Assembly: GCA_963718895.1 (NCBI GenBank) | Contig: CAVRAG010000008.1 | Coordinates: 1,152,001 to 1,216,000, forward strand | Reading direction: 5' to 3' | DNA length: 64,000 bases | Source of the DNA: an uncultured Nitrososphaerota archaeon | GTDB taxonomy: Archaea; Thermoproteota; Nitrososphaeria; Nitrososphaerales; Gagatemarchaeaceae | In this document: one piece after another, positions 40,303 through 51,023 of the stretch | Numbering within the stretch: the first letter of the stretch is position 1 | Layout of the letters: the number at the start of each line of letters is the position of its first letter | Notes under the pieces: generated by a model | What the model saw: the letters and a program-made list of their open reading frames with translations, nothing else | The model's database searches: none | What the model was told of the DNA's origin: nothing | Made by a program: the position numbers and the translations under genes

Positions 40303-40446
40303 GGGGGCGTAGCCTAGCCAGGTATGGCGACAGGCTCCAGTGGTCAAACTACTATAGGTTTGATGACACGTTCGCGTGGATGATTACCCAATTGGAGCGG
40401 CGAAGAAACCTGTAGGCCGCCGGTTCAAGTCCGGCCGCCCCCACCA
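40303..40446 (+). tRNA. tRNA-Trp(CCA) with intron (~40341-40407)
   Basis: GGGGGCG/CGCCCCC acceptor stem, ACAGG-CT-CCA-G...A-CCTGT anticodon arm, GGTTCAAGTCC T-arm, encoded CCA. Confidence 0.9.
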
Positions 40447-40495
40447 CTTTTGATAGGTATAGGGGAGCTTATTACCACCATTTGCTTAGTCTTCC

Positions 40496-41684
40496 ATGAA
40501 CTGGGAAGCTAGGGACGAGTTCGTCGAGAAGATGTTCAGGAGGTCTGGCTCGGTCTACTCCAGGCGGTACTACGGCTTCGGCGTCGACAACTTCCGGAAG
40601 TTCTGCGAGGGGGCGGGCATCGGGGAAGTCGACGGGAAGAACGTCTACTCCGTGATGGACGCCTACGTCGGCTACCTGCACGGCACGAAGGGCCTCAAGG
40701 CGAAGACCATCCACGACTACATCACCGCCGTGAGGAAGTTCCTCGGCTACGTCGACGTGGAGGTGGACCCGCTCAAGTTCAGGAACAAGGTGGTGATGCC
40801 CAAGGTCACGCAGATAGCGGACGTGCCGCTCAGGCTCGAGGACGTCCAGACCCTGCTCACGAGGGGGAGGCCCAGCCCCAAGCTCAGGGCCCTGATCCTG
40901 GTGCTGCTCTCCTCCGGGATGAGGATCGGCGAGGCGCTCAGCGTGAGGTGGGTGGACCTCGACCTGAGCTCGACCCCGGGGACGATCGGGCTGAGGGCGG
41001 AGTACACCAAGACCAGGGCGGCCCGCACCGCGTACGTGAGCGAGGAGGCGAAGCAGGCGCTGCTCGAGCTGAAGGCGAGCTCCCCGCCCACCGAGAGGGT
41101 ACGTGGACTACTCGGGGGACATGTGGCAGAAGCAGAAGGAGGCGGGCAGGACGTTCAGGCGCCTGGTGGGCAGGGTGGGGCTGGGGGAGAGGCTGGAGGG
41201 CCACAGGACGCACAGGATACACTTCCACAGCTTCAGGAAGTTCTTCCTCACCAGGGCCGTGGACACCCTCGGGGACCACGCCGGGCACGCCCTCTGCGGG
41301 CACGGGTTCTACATGGACACCTACTACAGGAAGAGCGAGGAGGAGAGGAAGGCGGAGTACCTCAGGCTCATGCCGCGGCTGACGGTCTTCTCGAAGGAAG
41401 CCGTGAGCACGGACCAGATGCTCGCCACCTTCAACAGGCAGTTCCTGAAGATCTCGAGGTACACGGACAAGGAGATAGAGGCGCTCGGGGACCTCTCACA
41501 GCTCTCGAACGAGCAGCTGCAGGACCTGATCGCGAGGAAGCAGCTGGAGAAGCTCGGGCTGAGCAACGGGAGCCGCCAGAAGGTGATCAGGCTGGACGAG
41601 TTGGAGAGGTACATCGGCGATGGCTGGGAGTTCGTCACGAACCTGAACGGCGACAAGGCGATAGTCAGGCTGCCGCCGCATTAA
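40496..41684 (+). CDS. Tyrosine recombinase/integrase 2 (frameshift near 41100)
   Basis: SGMRIGE and KT in one frame; HSFRK, LCGH and YY in the next; C-terminal tail homologous to integrase 1. Confidence 0.85.
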
Positions 41685-41846
41685 GGACGTAGTGCGCTGG
41701 ACGTAGCCTAGCTAGGTTATGCTATGCCCTTTTTATCGCCATAGCGTATGAAACAGGGACCTTTGACCAATGGAGCAGCCTACCCTGCGTAGGCTGTCCG
41801 TGATGTCTTCCTCTACGAAGTATCTTCAATTGGCCCATATCTGAGG

Positions 41847-42932
41847 TTAAGTCTCATCAATGAAACCAAACTTCTTCCGTTCCTCGGTGAACTGGCCCTG
41901 TATCGCGGTTCTTTTTGCCTCGATAGCTGGATAGATATCTTGCTCTATTGCGTACCTGATCCACAGTCTCACCAATTCGTCATATCGGTTCTTCGCCTTC
42001 TTTGACCTAGTTCCGATCCGATAGGCGCCTGGAGCCTCCTCTTTGACAAAGCCAATTGCGAGCCCCATTCTCAATATTGCGTCTGTCTGTTTCTTGATCG
42101 CGATCTCCCCCGCATATCCAATTTCATTCTTCACAAGCTCCTCAAGATCGTCGGTTGTGAATATCCCCTCCTCCTTCCCTACATCTACGATTGTTAGAAT
42201 AGTCATCTTTGCAACTGGATGACTCTCTAGAAAGAAGGTCTTGAATTCATAACTCGTCTTGACATCCACCAATGCCCGATTCAATGCCTCGTCGGAATGC
42301 ATCATCGTTCTGCCTACAGGACCGTCTTCTCGTCCAGGTGCGAATAATCCCAGCTTCACATCAGAGTCCCTGAAATCAATCCCGCTCTGCCAGACTACCA
42401 CTCCACCACTCCTTCTCAATAGACACTTGCAAAGCCGATTTGCGTCTGCGAAGGACACGCCAAGTACGAACTCATCATTGACTTCCGCTGAATTAAGGTA
42501 ATTTGTTTGGAGATATCTCTGACTAGATCGAACTTTGTATATTCGCTCCTGCATCTGCTCGACGACTCGTCCTTCATCGCCGATGGAGCCCTTCGCATCA
42601 CCTATGATTGCAATTCCTTTGTCGGGGTTGAAGATCAGGAAATCAAGATTTGTGACGCCTAGCTCTAGGAGCGGCGATCCCCGGACGAAGTGGTATCCAA
42701 TCTTGGAAAGCGATTCGCTCTCTGTAAACGGGAAAATGCACACGTTGAGGGCGTTTCGATGCCACTTGTCGATCTCCAACCCCTCCAACTTTCCACGAGT
42801 CAGGTCCTTTTCCTTCTGTTCGAACTCCTCCTCAACTTCGGCGATAGCCCGTTCAATGGCTATTGTGTAGTTGTCCTGCAGTTCCTTTACCCTAAGATAC
42901 CTTACGAACTCGTCATCTAGCAACTGGCTCAC
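41847..42932 (-). CDS. PD-(D/E)xK-like nuclease candidate
   Basis: NLDFLIF...IIGDAKG; low GC; overlaps the upstream gene. Confidence 0.55.
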   Translation of the reverse strand: MSQLLDDEFVRYLRVKELQDNYTIAIERAIAEVEEEFEQKEKDLTRGKLEGLEIDKWHRNALNVCIFPFTESESLSKIGYHFVRGSPLLELGVTNLDFLIFNPDKGIAIIGDAKGSIGDEGRVVEQMQERIYKVRSSQRYLQTNYLNSAEVNDEFVLGVSFADANRLCKCLLRRSGGVVVWQSGIDFRDSDVKLGLFAPGREDGPVGRTMMHSDEALNRALVDVKTSYEFKTFFLESHPVAKMTILTIVDVGKEEGIFTTDDLEELVKNEIGYAGEIAIKKQTDAILRMGLAIGFVKEEAPGAYRIGTRSKKAKNRYDELVRLWIRYAIEQDIYPAIEAKRTAIQGQFTEERKKFGFIDET

Positions 42933-44049
42933 TTAGTGTTTGCTCGCTGAACATCGTCAGGTGAGCGTCTCCGTCAACGTCCTCGGCTATCGTCTCGTAG
43001 AATCTTACAAAGGACTCGAACGTAGTCCTGTATTTCGGAATGAGAGCCAACTCGCCATTGTGCACGCTTAGACCGAACACTGTCCCCTTGCGGTCGTCGA
43101 CAACAGTTGCAGAGAATGATACTGCATCGTCGGAAACATAGGTATCGATGAATGAAAAGTCTGAGAACTCATCGGCTTCTTCATCTGACTTGCCCAAGTC
43201 AACTTCGTTCTTCGCCTCACCGAAGAGCATCTTCACGGTCTTGACGTCAAACTTGGCATTGGGCACCGTGATCTTCCCGGCAACCAGCGTTGGTACGATG
43301 ATCTGGTGCTGCGTCAGGCCGATAGTCCTTGTCGAAGTCTTGAATCTTCCAGATGTAATTCTGATCGTGGACAGTTCTTCGCTGATCGAACCGATTATGT
43401 CCAGCAGGATACTGATTGTACTCTCGTTGACATCTCTTATCAAGACCATGCCGTTTCTGTTCAATTGGATCTTGTCGCTCCCTATCCGAAAATCCATTCT
43501 TGTGGAGATGGTCCCATACATCAGTTGAGTCTCCTTCAGAACTTCAGAGGCGTCTTCTCCTGAGTAGCTCATTCTACGGTTATATTCTTGACGACCTATC
43601 TTCGCGATGGCCTCTGAGAATCTTGATCGTCTACTAATGAAGCTGTACATGGTTGCGCTGTATTTCGTCAAGACGCGATTCTTCAAGTTCTCGAACAGAG
43701 GCGGCGATATCCATGCTTCAGAAATCCCTCTCTTCTCTGTGACGAAGCGACGTAAGGTCTTCTCGTAATCCTCCTTCGTTGAACCGGTGAAACAGAGAAT
43801 CAGTCCTGGCTTCCACTCGTAGACGTAGTAATCGGCAGATCTCTCTTCGTCGGCTATTGTAAAATGCCAGACGTCACCCATCTTTTGAAGGCTGTGCTGC
43901 AGAAACAGGGACTGCCAGTCGTCATTAACATAGAGAAGGTATGACTTGAGCCACTTTCCCTCGCTCTCGGTTTCGAAAATCTCACCGGCGTTCTCTGAGA
44001 GATAATCAAGGAAAGAACGGAGTGAGTACTGAGAAGCCGGAATTCTCAA
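42913..44049 (-). CDS. Hypothetical protein
   Basis: 378-aa low-GC ORF in an operon with 41847-42932. Confidence 0.7.
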   Translation of the reverse strand: MRIPASQYSLRSFLDYLSENAGEIFETESEGKWLKSYLLYVNDDWQSLFLQHSLQKMGDVWHFTIADEERSADYYVYEWKPGLILCFTGSTKEDYEKTLRRFVTEKRGISEAWISPPLFENLKNRVLTKYSATMYSFISRRSRFSEAIAKIGRQEYNRRMSYSGEDASEVLKETQLMYGTISTRMDFRIGSDKIQLNRNGMVLIRDVNESTISILLDIIGSISEELSTIRITSGRFKTSTRTIGLTQHQIIVPTLVAGKITVPNAKFDVKTVKMLFGEAKNEVDLGKSDEEADEFSDFSFIDTYVSDDAVSFSATVVDDRKGTVFGLSVHNGELALIPKYRTTFESFVRFYETIAEDVDGDAHLTMFSEQTLSEPVAR

Positions 44050-44288
44050 AGCTTTTCGAAGTAATGAGGTTAAACGTGATATAAAGATATACAGTCTTTG
44101 TTGGCAATGCCTCTACATAACTAGAGAGGCACACCACGTTAAGCAAGGGCGGTAGTATAACGAATCACAGATATCACTCCGGTTGCGAAGAGCCCGGAAT
44201 GCACCCCCCATCACCATTAGACCTTTGGAAGTGCTCCGAATCGCAAGACTGTTTATATGCGAGCCCCTTTAGCGGAACATGACTTAGG

Positions 44289-45101
44289 ATGGGGGAGGAA
44301 CCTGACAGGTTCGGGGTAATGATTCGGAACAAGGAGAAGGGTGTGTTTGTAGACGTCAGTCCGGATCGCATTGTCCTCGGACCCCGCAATTCAGACAAGA
44401 AGATTGGTGAAGATGATCATGTCACCGTTGTTATGAACGGAGACCGCATAGATCAGGCGCATCGCAAGGTCGATGGCAGGGAGGTATGGCACCTTACCGG
44501 CGAAGCTCTTCAAGCTCATCTTGACAGCTTGTTAGCCAATGCGACAGAGCCGGTGGATGGAAGCGAATTCGTCGCTCCAGACACTTACATCATTTCAATA
44601 AGACGAGCTAAACTACTGTTCTCGGTCGTTACTCTCCCCTTCTCCGTCTTTTTGACCTTCTTCTGGAGGTTGTTCGCTCATATTGAGAAGTACGAGGATG
44701 AGAACGGACTAGATGCCCGAATTATCTTTAATCAGAGTAGAATCCAGCATCTCATCCAAAGCGCACAACTCCCTCTCTCTTTGCTCTCTAGAATAGTTCA
44801 GAAGGTACCCCCGGCGGCGTTCTTGAAGCCGATGACCTTAATCGCAAAGCGAGTTCTGGTGAATCCCCAAAAAGTCCAGAACCTCAAAGACGACATGCTG
44901 TTCGTCATATCGGAGAAACGTGTCGGGTTCGTCTCTCGGAGCGACGACGGCGACCTTAAGTTCACTTCGGTGGTCCCCCTTCTTGAGGCATACGAACGCC
45001 TCAATGCCAGTGTTCCTGTGTCCCTCGATGATATAGGGAATTTCGGGGCAGGATCGGAGATTAGGGTTAAGGGCAGCCGAGCTCCAACCTCGCTTGCATG
45101 A
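44289..45101 (+). CDS. Hypothetical protein
   Basis: 270-aa ORF; TTTATAT upstream. Confidence 0.65.
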   Translation: MGEEPDRFGVMIRNKEKGVFVDVSPDRIVLGPRNSDKKIGEDDHVTVVMNGDRIDQAHRKVDGREVWHLTGEALQAHLDSLLANATEPVDGSEFVAPDTYIISIRRAKLLFSVVTLPFSVFLTFFWRLFAHIEKYEDENGLDARIIFNQSRIQHLIQSAQLPLSLLSRIVQKVPPAAFLKPMTLIAKRVLVNPQKVQNLKDDMLFVISEKRVGFVSRSDDGDLKFTSVVPLLEAYERLNASVPVSLDDIGNFGAGSEIRVKGSRAPTSLA

Positions 45102-45161
45102 CGAAGTTCAGATGCACGCGCTCCCCACGTAACGAGATATACGAGTCGAACCCACACGCCA

Positions 45162-45908
45162 GTGATGTCACCATCGGGCGAGGGAGAACCTGACAATGGT
45201 CCAAAGTCGGTCTTTGTTGATGATGAAATTGAATCGCAAGTCTTGCAGGTAATCAGAGGTGCAACAAAGTACATCACCTTCGTCACCCCGTACGTCGACT
45301 TGTGGATGCATCTAACAGACGCAATGCGCGATGCAATCGATAAGAGAGTTGACATCACATTCTTCCTACGCGAAGGCGAGAACCGGCAAAGGCCTGAGGA
45401 CCTGAAATGGCTCCGGCAAAACGTCAAAGTGTACGAAGTCCCAAACCTGCATGCCAAGATTTACCTTAACGAGACGACAGTTCTCGTTAGTTCCATGAAC
45501 ATCACAGAGTATTCGACCAGAAACTCGAAGGAGTTCGCAATGATAGTGAGGCGCCAAGGCGACTCGACCGTATTCAGAGATTACGTTTCTCGCCTGATTG
45601 GAAAAGCAGCAGTGACACAAACTACACGCCCAATACGAGACTACGTTTCGAGCTTAGTTGAAAAAGCCACCATAATCCAACCTTCACGTTCATTTGGACA
45701 CCACACTTCAGAAGATGGATACTGCATCCGATCTCGTGACAGGATTCCCTTCAATACGGAAAAGCCTCTTTGCGTCGACTGCTTCAGCAAGTGGAATAGG
45801 TATCACGACGAAGATTACGCCGAGAAGTTCTGCCATTCGTGTGGAAAGAGCGCGAGAACAAGCTTCGCCAAGCCCCTGTGCATAGCTTGTTGGAAGAAGT
45901 CGAACTGA
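45162..45908 (+). CDS. Phospholipase D-family nuclease with C-terminal Zn fingers
   Basis: TPY, LHAKIY, SMNIT and NSKEF; repeated KPLC..C motifs. Confidence 0.8.
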   Translation: MMSPSGEGEPDNGPKSVFVDDEIESQVLQVIRGATKYITFVTPYVDLWMHLTDAMRDAIDKRVDITFFLREGENRQRPEDLKWLRQNVKVYEVPNLHAKIYLNETTVLVSSMNITEYSTRNSKEFAMIVRRQGDSTVFRDYVSRLIGKAAVTQTTRPIRDYVSSLVEKATIIQPSRSFGHHTSEDGYCIRSRDRIPFNTEKPLCVDCFSKWNRYHDEDYAEKFCHSCGKSARTSFAKPLCIACWKKSN

Positions 45909-46422
45909 GCTTATGGACGTCGAGACAGACACATGTTCGAAGACACTAAACCTCTCAAGAACATCGGTTCACCGGAGGACCCTGATGGCACGTTCGACCA
46001 GGCCAGGACCAGTTGCATGGCCGCTGGCAACGCCGCCCGCCCCGTCGTGCTCGAAGAGGAATGTTCACCGCGATAGCGTTCTCGCATGAGAGTCGTCTCG
46101 TGAAGCTTTAGAGCGGCATTGAAGAGTTCAGATTCTCGCTGAGAACAAATCCTTGCACTGAGATACGAAACTGAAGGCGGACTTCTAGGTGACCTTCCTT
46201 GATTAGCTTCGCCTCGCTACCTCCTTTTCACTGAAATCTGTCTGGACTCAATAGCCGAAGCGAGATTTCCACGGAAGCCAGAAGATGGTCAGGGGAGACG
46301 CCCATGAGAGCAAGCGCCTAGCCTGAACACGAAATGCAGGAACAATCGAGCGTCCCGTCAAGAACAAAAAGGAGAACTGAAAGTATTAAGGCGAGAAACC
46401 TCGTCTGCCCCCAATATCACAC

Positions 46423-48138
46423 ATGAAGATTCTGGCATTCTCCGATTACCGTGTTCAGGACATAGACCTTCTAATCCAATTCATCAAGAAGAGGAATATT
46501 CAGCCTGACTTGATTCTTTACGCCGGCGACGACATCGAGAGGTTCTCTCCCCTACCCAACTCTTCGCTCGACAACTTATTGCTGGAGCACAAGTCACTGC
46601 TCTTATCGGGCTTCAAAGGGAAGAAGCGAGGACAGGAGGTGTTCGTCGATCATATTTCGAACTGCGTACGTGGTTTTTGCCTTGAAGGCCCTCTTGAAGG
46701 GAGGCTTGATGAAGTGTTGGAAGCCAGGGACATCCACGGTTGCTATTTCGAGTGCGAGCCAGAGAATTGCATAAGAAAGACCGTTACCGATGGAGACTTG
46801 ACCGTCGGAATCATCTATGACCCTGAAGACAAGAGAAACCTCTTCGAGAATCTTGCTTCTCTCTCAAAATACGGACTTTGCGCTGTAATTGGAAATGATG
46901 ACTCCCCTTCAGTACGAGATTGCATCAGAGGGTTGAATGTGTACGACGTTCAGAAGGAAGCCCTGTCGCTGGGTGGATCGGTCGTAGTCGGCATAGAAGG
47001 CGCGGTCGATGACCCTAAGCGGATGACAGGGATAGGGTACACCCTATACGACGAAAAGACGCTCTCCAAGTACTTGGAAGCGGTAGAGAAAGAGGCCAAC
47101 GGGAGAAGACTGATTCTGTTATCCCACTGCCCGCCCTACCAAGTCCTCGATTTTGCACGAAGGTTTGGCATTCAGCACATAGGTTCAATCGCGCTTCGGG
47201 AGTTTGTGCTGGATGAATCAGAGCGCGTCCCTCTGATCGTGTGCGGCCATGCTCACCTAATGGGGGGACGAAACACTATGTTGGAGCAGACGATGGTGGT
47301 CAATGCGGCCTCACACGACGACATTGGAGCACCCGGCCGAATCGCGATTATCCAACTGGAAGAAAGCGTCTCAGTTGAGTGGCATCAGATTTACGGGTTG
47401 AGAAGCGTGTTCGGAATCGGGCCAGCAACAGAAGCGAGGCTCAAAGACGCGGGGATGGTGGGAGTCGAAGACATTGCGGTGACTCAGCCTTCAGACCTCG
47501 CCGCGCGAGCGGGTATGTCTCTAAACAGAGCATCGGGACTGTGTGTTCGGGCGAAGTCCATTGCCGATGGCAGAGCCATCCCGCTAACGGGAATCGAGTT
47601 CGACGACGCTCGAGGTATCTACCTCGACATTGAAACTGACTTGACTCGGTCCCTCGTCTGGTTGGTAGGGATCTATTCGCGCGAAAGAGACGAACTGACC
47701 CAAATTGTTGCCCGCACACCCGCTGAGGAAAGGAGTTTGCTCGAGGAATTTGTGAACAAGATGAGCGGATTCGACGGGAGAGTCTTCACCTTCTCAGGGA
47801 CGAGTTTTGATCAGCGGGTTTTGCTGGAAAGATTAGATGTCCACAATCTGCGCTTGTGTTCGCACCCGGAGTTCGTAGACCTCTTCAGAATCATCCAGCC
47901 CTCTGTCGCGTTGCCACTAAAGTCATACGGACTCAAATCGATTGCAGCCTACTTGGGATACATCTACAGACATCCAGATTTAGATGGAATCACCGTTGCA
48001 ATGCATTATCTAATCGACTACCAGAAGAATCGAGATTCCGGGCTCCTTAAGAGACTACTCGAATACAACGAGGATGACATTCGTTCGCTACCTTGGATTA
48101 TGGAACGAATAGCAGAATTGTCGCATAATGCTAAGTAA
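46423..48138 (+). CDS. Metallophosphoesterase + HhH + RNase H-like (YprB/TM0106-type) fusion
   Basis: FSD, AGDD, GNDD, SHCPP, CGHAH; GIGP; LDIET, YGLKSIA and YNEDD. Confidence 0.8.
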   Translation: MKILAFSDYRVQDIDLLIQFIKKRNIQPDLILYAGDDIERFSPLPNSSLDNLLLEHKSLLLSGFKGKKRGQEVFVDHISNCVRGFCLEGPLEGRLDEVLEARDIHGCYFECEPENCIRKTVTDGDLTVGIIYDPEDKRNLFENLASLSKYGLCAVIGNDDSPSVRDCIRGLNVYDVQKEALSLGGSVVVGIEGAVDDPKRMTGIGYTLYDEKTLSKYLEAVEKEANGRRLILLSHCPPYQVLDFARRFGIQHIGSIALREFVLDESERVPLIVCGHAHLMGGRNTMLEQTMVVNAASHDDIGAPGRIAIIQLEESVSVEWHQIYGLRSVFGIGPATEARLKDAGMVGVEDIAVTQPSDLAARAGMSLNRASGLCVRAKSIADGRAIPLTGIEFDDARGIYLDIETDLTRSLVWLVGIYSRERDELTQIVARTPAEERSLLEEFVNKMSGFDGRVFTFSGTSFDQRVLLERLDVHNLRLCSHPEFVDLFRIIQPSVALPLKSYGLKSIAAYLGYIYRHPDLDGITVAMHYLIDYQKNRDSGLLKRLLEYNEDDIRSLPWIMERIAELSHNAK

Positions 48139-48310
48139 GGTCTAAGGTCCAAATACGAATTCTATTTCAATTGGACTCGCTTCGAGGATCGAAGCGAGCA
48201 CTAAGGCTGAGAGCGCTGGAAAATCGTTCAAGAAAAGAAGAGAGGCGGATATTGAATACTTCAAACTCGTCTCTCGCCCGCTGAAGGCCCGCAAGGGAAG
48301 ATGGGGGCCC

Positions 48311-49192
48311 TTAACTCGAGTTCTGCGCCTGAACCCAGAAGAAGAACGTTCCATATTGATTGATGTTGATAGTCACCAAGTAGTAGGTCCCGGCCGAGAC
48401 TCCCGTCGTCACGGTTGATAGGTTGGTGGCAAGAGTGATGGTTGTGGTCGGACCACTCGCGATTACGTTTGGGCAAGACGTGCTTGTGCAGCCCCACGTG
48501 GCGGACGCCAGACTTTTCGGTTCTTCAATGCCATATTGATTCGTCAAATTATTCAGGTTGGCGGTAACGCCGTAGGTTGGATAGTTGTCGGAGCTGACAG
48601 AGATGATCATAGTCGCGCTTAGATTCCCTGAAATCGTAAGACTCGAAGAGGTTACAGCCGTAAGTGCTATCATGGGTGGAACCGTCGAAGTGTAGAATTG
48701 TTCCGTGTGGCTGAACCTGCCTGAAGCAACCGCAGCAACTGGGACGTTGATCGAATTCCCGGCTGGGAGCGTGATCTGTACTTCAAAATAGTATGTTTGT
48801 CCTGTGATTGGTAACCCCCATCCAGGGACGAAGTTGGGCGAGAAGCCTGCCTGGGGAAGAGTGAGATTCACTTCGTATGCGCTTCCTGCAGGGAGAACGA
48901 ACGTCGACGACTCTGCACCCAGAGAGGCGCAATCAGTGTAGTCAGGAGCGCACTCTTCCAGAGGAAGTATCGACTGAGTGGAGGTCTTGCCGTTGTTTGC
49001 GATATCGGCAACCAGATGACCTCCAGGCTCGATGAAGGCCGAGTTCACATGGAAATCGGACGAGGAGGGTCCACCAGGGCCCCCTATGCCAGCGCCCAAC
49101 TGTCCGGTTTCGTAGAAGTAAGCTGCCACTCCCACTACCAGAACGAGGACTACCACCACTAGACCCGCAATGACTCTCAACTCCGAAGGCAC
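48311..49192 (-). CDS. Membrane-anchored beta-rich secreted protein
   Basis: N-terminal TM, two beta domains. Confidence 0.7.
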   Translation of the reverse strand: MPSELRVIAGLVVVVLVLVVGVAAYFYETGQLGAGIGGPGGPSSSDFHVNSAFIEPGGHLVADIANNGKTSTQSILPLEECAPDYTDCASLGAESSTFVLPAGSAYEVNLTLPQAGFSPNFVPGWGLPITGQTYYFEVQITLPAGNSINVPVAAVASGRFSHTEQFYTSTVPPMIALTAVTSSSLTISGNLSATMIISVSSDNYPTYGVTANLNNLTNQYGIEEPKSLASATWGCTSTSCPNVIASGPTTTITLATNLSTVTTGVSAGTYYLVTININQYGTFFFWVQAQNSS

Positions 49193-49390
49193 CTCGGTCG
49201 CAAACTCTGCTGCCTCACCAAGTGCGACAGCGGGTACGCCTGATAAGCTTGAGGGCTCACGATGTGTTGCTGGTCGGTGTTACGGGTCTCAAAAGGATGA
49301 GTTGTGTAAAATGTAGTGCAAAAAAGAGAGACGGAGGCTATTGAATAATAGCCGCATTGTGCAGATTTTGTATGTCATTCGGGGATTTGG

Positions 49391-49576
49391 TCAAGGATTC
49401 GCATGGGAACCGGCTCGTCGTTTTTTGGTGCGCGGGTAGAGTTCTTTGAAGAGGTACTCCTCGGCGTCCCCGTCCACATGACCCTTCAGCTTGCCCTGCA
49501 TCAGTTCTCTGAACTTCGCGACCCTAGCTTCGAGCTCTGCCCTGGACGGCCTCTTCTCCTCCCGTTTGGGTTCCAT
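49391..49576 (-). CDS. Small hypothetical protein
   Basis: 61 aa; CTTATCA box upstream. Confidence 0.45.
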   Translation of the reverse strand: MEPKREEKRPSRAELEARVAKFRELMQGKLKGHVDGDAEEYLFKELYPRTKKRRAGSHANP

Positions 49577-49634
49577 GCTTCTATAGACTCTCCGATGGGG
49601 TTTTGTCCTGATAAGGGTTGTCGGGGTGGTCGGG

Positions 49635-50481
49635 GTATATCAGCTCCAGGACCTTCTTGGTGCGGTCCAGGACGCGCATGCACATCCTGCCGACCTGCTG
49701 AGGGTTGTTCGAGTTGGCGTAGCTGGAGATGTAGCGACCAGCTGAAGCCGTCTGCGGGCCTGCCGTAGAGTCTCGCCAGCGTCGCTGCCACCAGCTGCGC
49801 TATGGTCTCCGCTTCTGGCTCCTGCCCGTGGCCGCTCTTGGGCTCGAATGTCCTGTGGAGGGCGTGCCCCAGTTCGTGGAAGAAGGTGTCCCAGTCCTCT
49901 GTCGCGAGGACGATTGTCTTGTTGGTGTGGTCGGTGGCGCCGTAGATGCCCGGGGCTAGTCGCTCGTACTGGACCTTCATGCCGAACTTCTCTGCGACCT
50001 CCATGAGCGGGGGCGGGTCTCTGGGCTCGTAGATGGGGAGGTCCTTGCCGGAGGTGTCCTCGAAGCGGAAGACGGGGATGGCTTTGAATCCCACGAGGAC
50101 TTCTGCGAACCCTTCCTCCTCTGGCCCTCCGTGTCGTCTGGTGGCCTTCCTCTTGACCTTCTTCCTGACGGGCCCCAGGATGAAGAAGGCTTTGCTCCCC
50201 TTGGAGACGGAGCGGCCGACTTCGTTCCACTGCCTGAAGCCCCTGGCGTCCGTCGTTCCTGCCAGGAGCATCAGCAGTTGGTTTCCGAAGGACCACCTTG
50301 AGGAAGGCTTGACAGGGCTGTTGATGATGGCCTTCGCGCACATGTCGGGGAGCTGCTTCGACGAGAAGAGCTGGACTATCTTCTCCAGCTCCGAGTTCGC
50401 ACGCTCCCTCCAGGAGGCTTGGGACGTTGCTGGCTGACTCGTTGGTTCGGTGGCTTGCGGTGCCGTCTGGTTTGCTGACAC
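49635..50481 (-). CDS. ArdC-like protein, copy 2 (frameshift near 49735)
   Basis: Colinear with 12655-13518; 3' end approximate. Confidence 0.8.
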
Positions 50482-50496
50482 GATAGAGTCCGCCTG

Positions 50497-51000
50497 CCTA
50501 CTCTTCCGTGCCGTCGGCTGGGAATCGCTTCATGAATTTGTCCTTGATCCTGTATGTATAGTTCCCGAGGACTATTTCGTCGCCACCCTTCATCTTCTCG
50601 ATGACGTCGCTATGCTCGCCAGCTCGGGGAGAAGGTTCTCGTCCCTGTCCATGTAGAAGGTCCACTCGCCCCCTCCGTTGGCGTACTTCTTCCAGGGGCG
50701 CTTCTCCAGTATTGCTGGATTAATGGCTGGTGGAGTTGCGTGGTTGCTGGTTGAGTTGTTCTGTGCAGGTGCGGCATGGCTCTCGCCATTGGACCTGTGC
50801 CTTCCTAGGACGTAGACGATGTTGCTGAACTGCCTCTCGGGGGTGTTCGTGTAGCTCTCGAGCACCTTGATCAAGGTGAAGCCCTCCTTGAGAAGGCCGT
50901 TCGCCTCCTCAGGAGTACCGGCTTCCTTGATCTCGGTTATCTGGGAGTACGGTGTCTCCATTCTTCTTCGCCTCCGCCTCGCTCGGGGCCTCTCAGACAT
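50497..51000 (-). CDS. Element hypothetical protein, copy 2 (frameshift near 50610)
   Basis: Paralog of 13537-14034; 3' end approximate. Confidence 0.7.
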
Positions 51001-51023
51001 GCCCTCCTAGGGCCGGCCCGCAT

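Noticed and set aside
40255-40347. N-terminal extension of integrase 1 overlapping the tRNA (SSV-type split integrase)
   Set aside because: ATG at 40254 gives a complete integrase, and no separate int(N) fragment was seen in the window.
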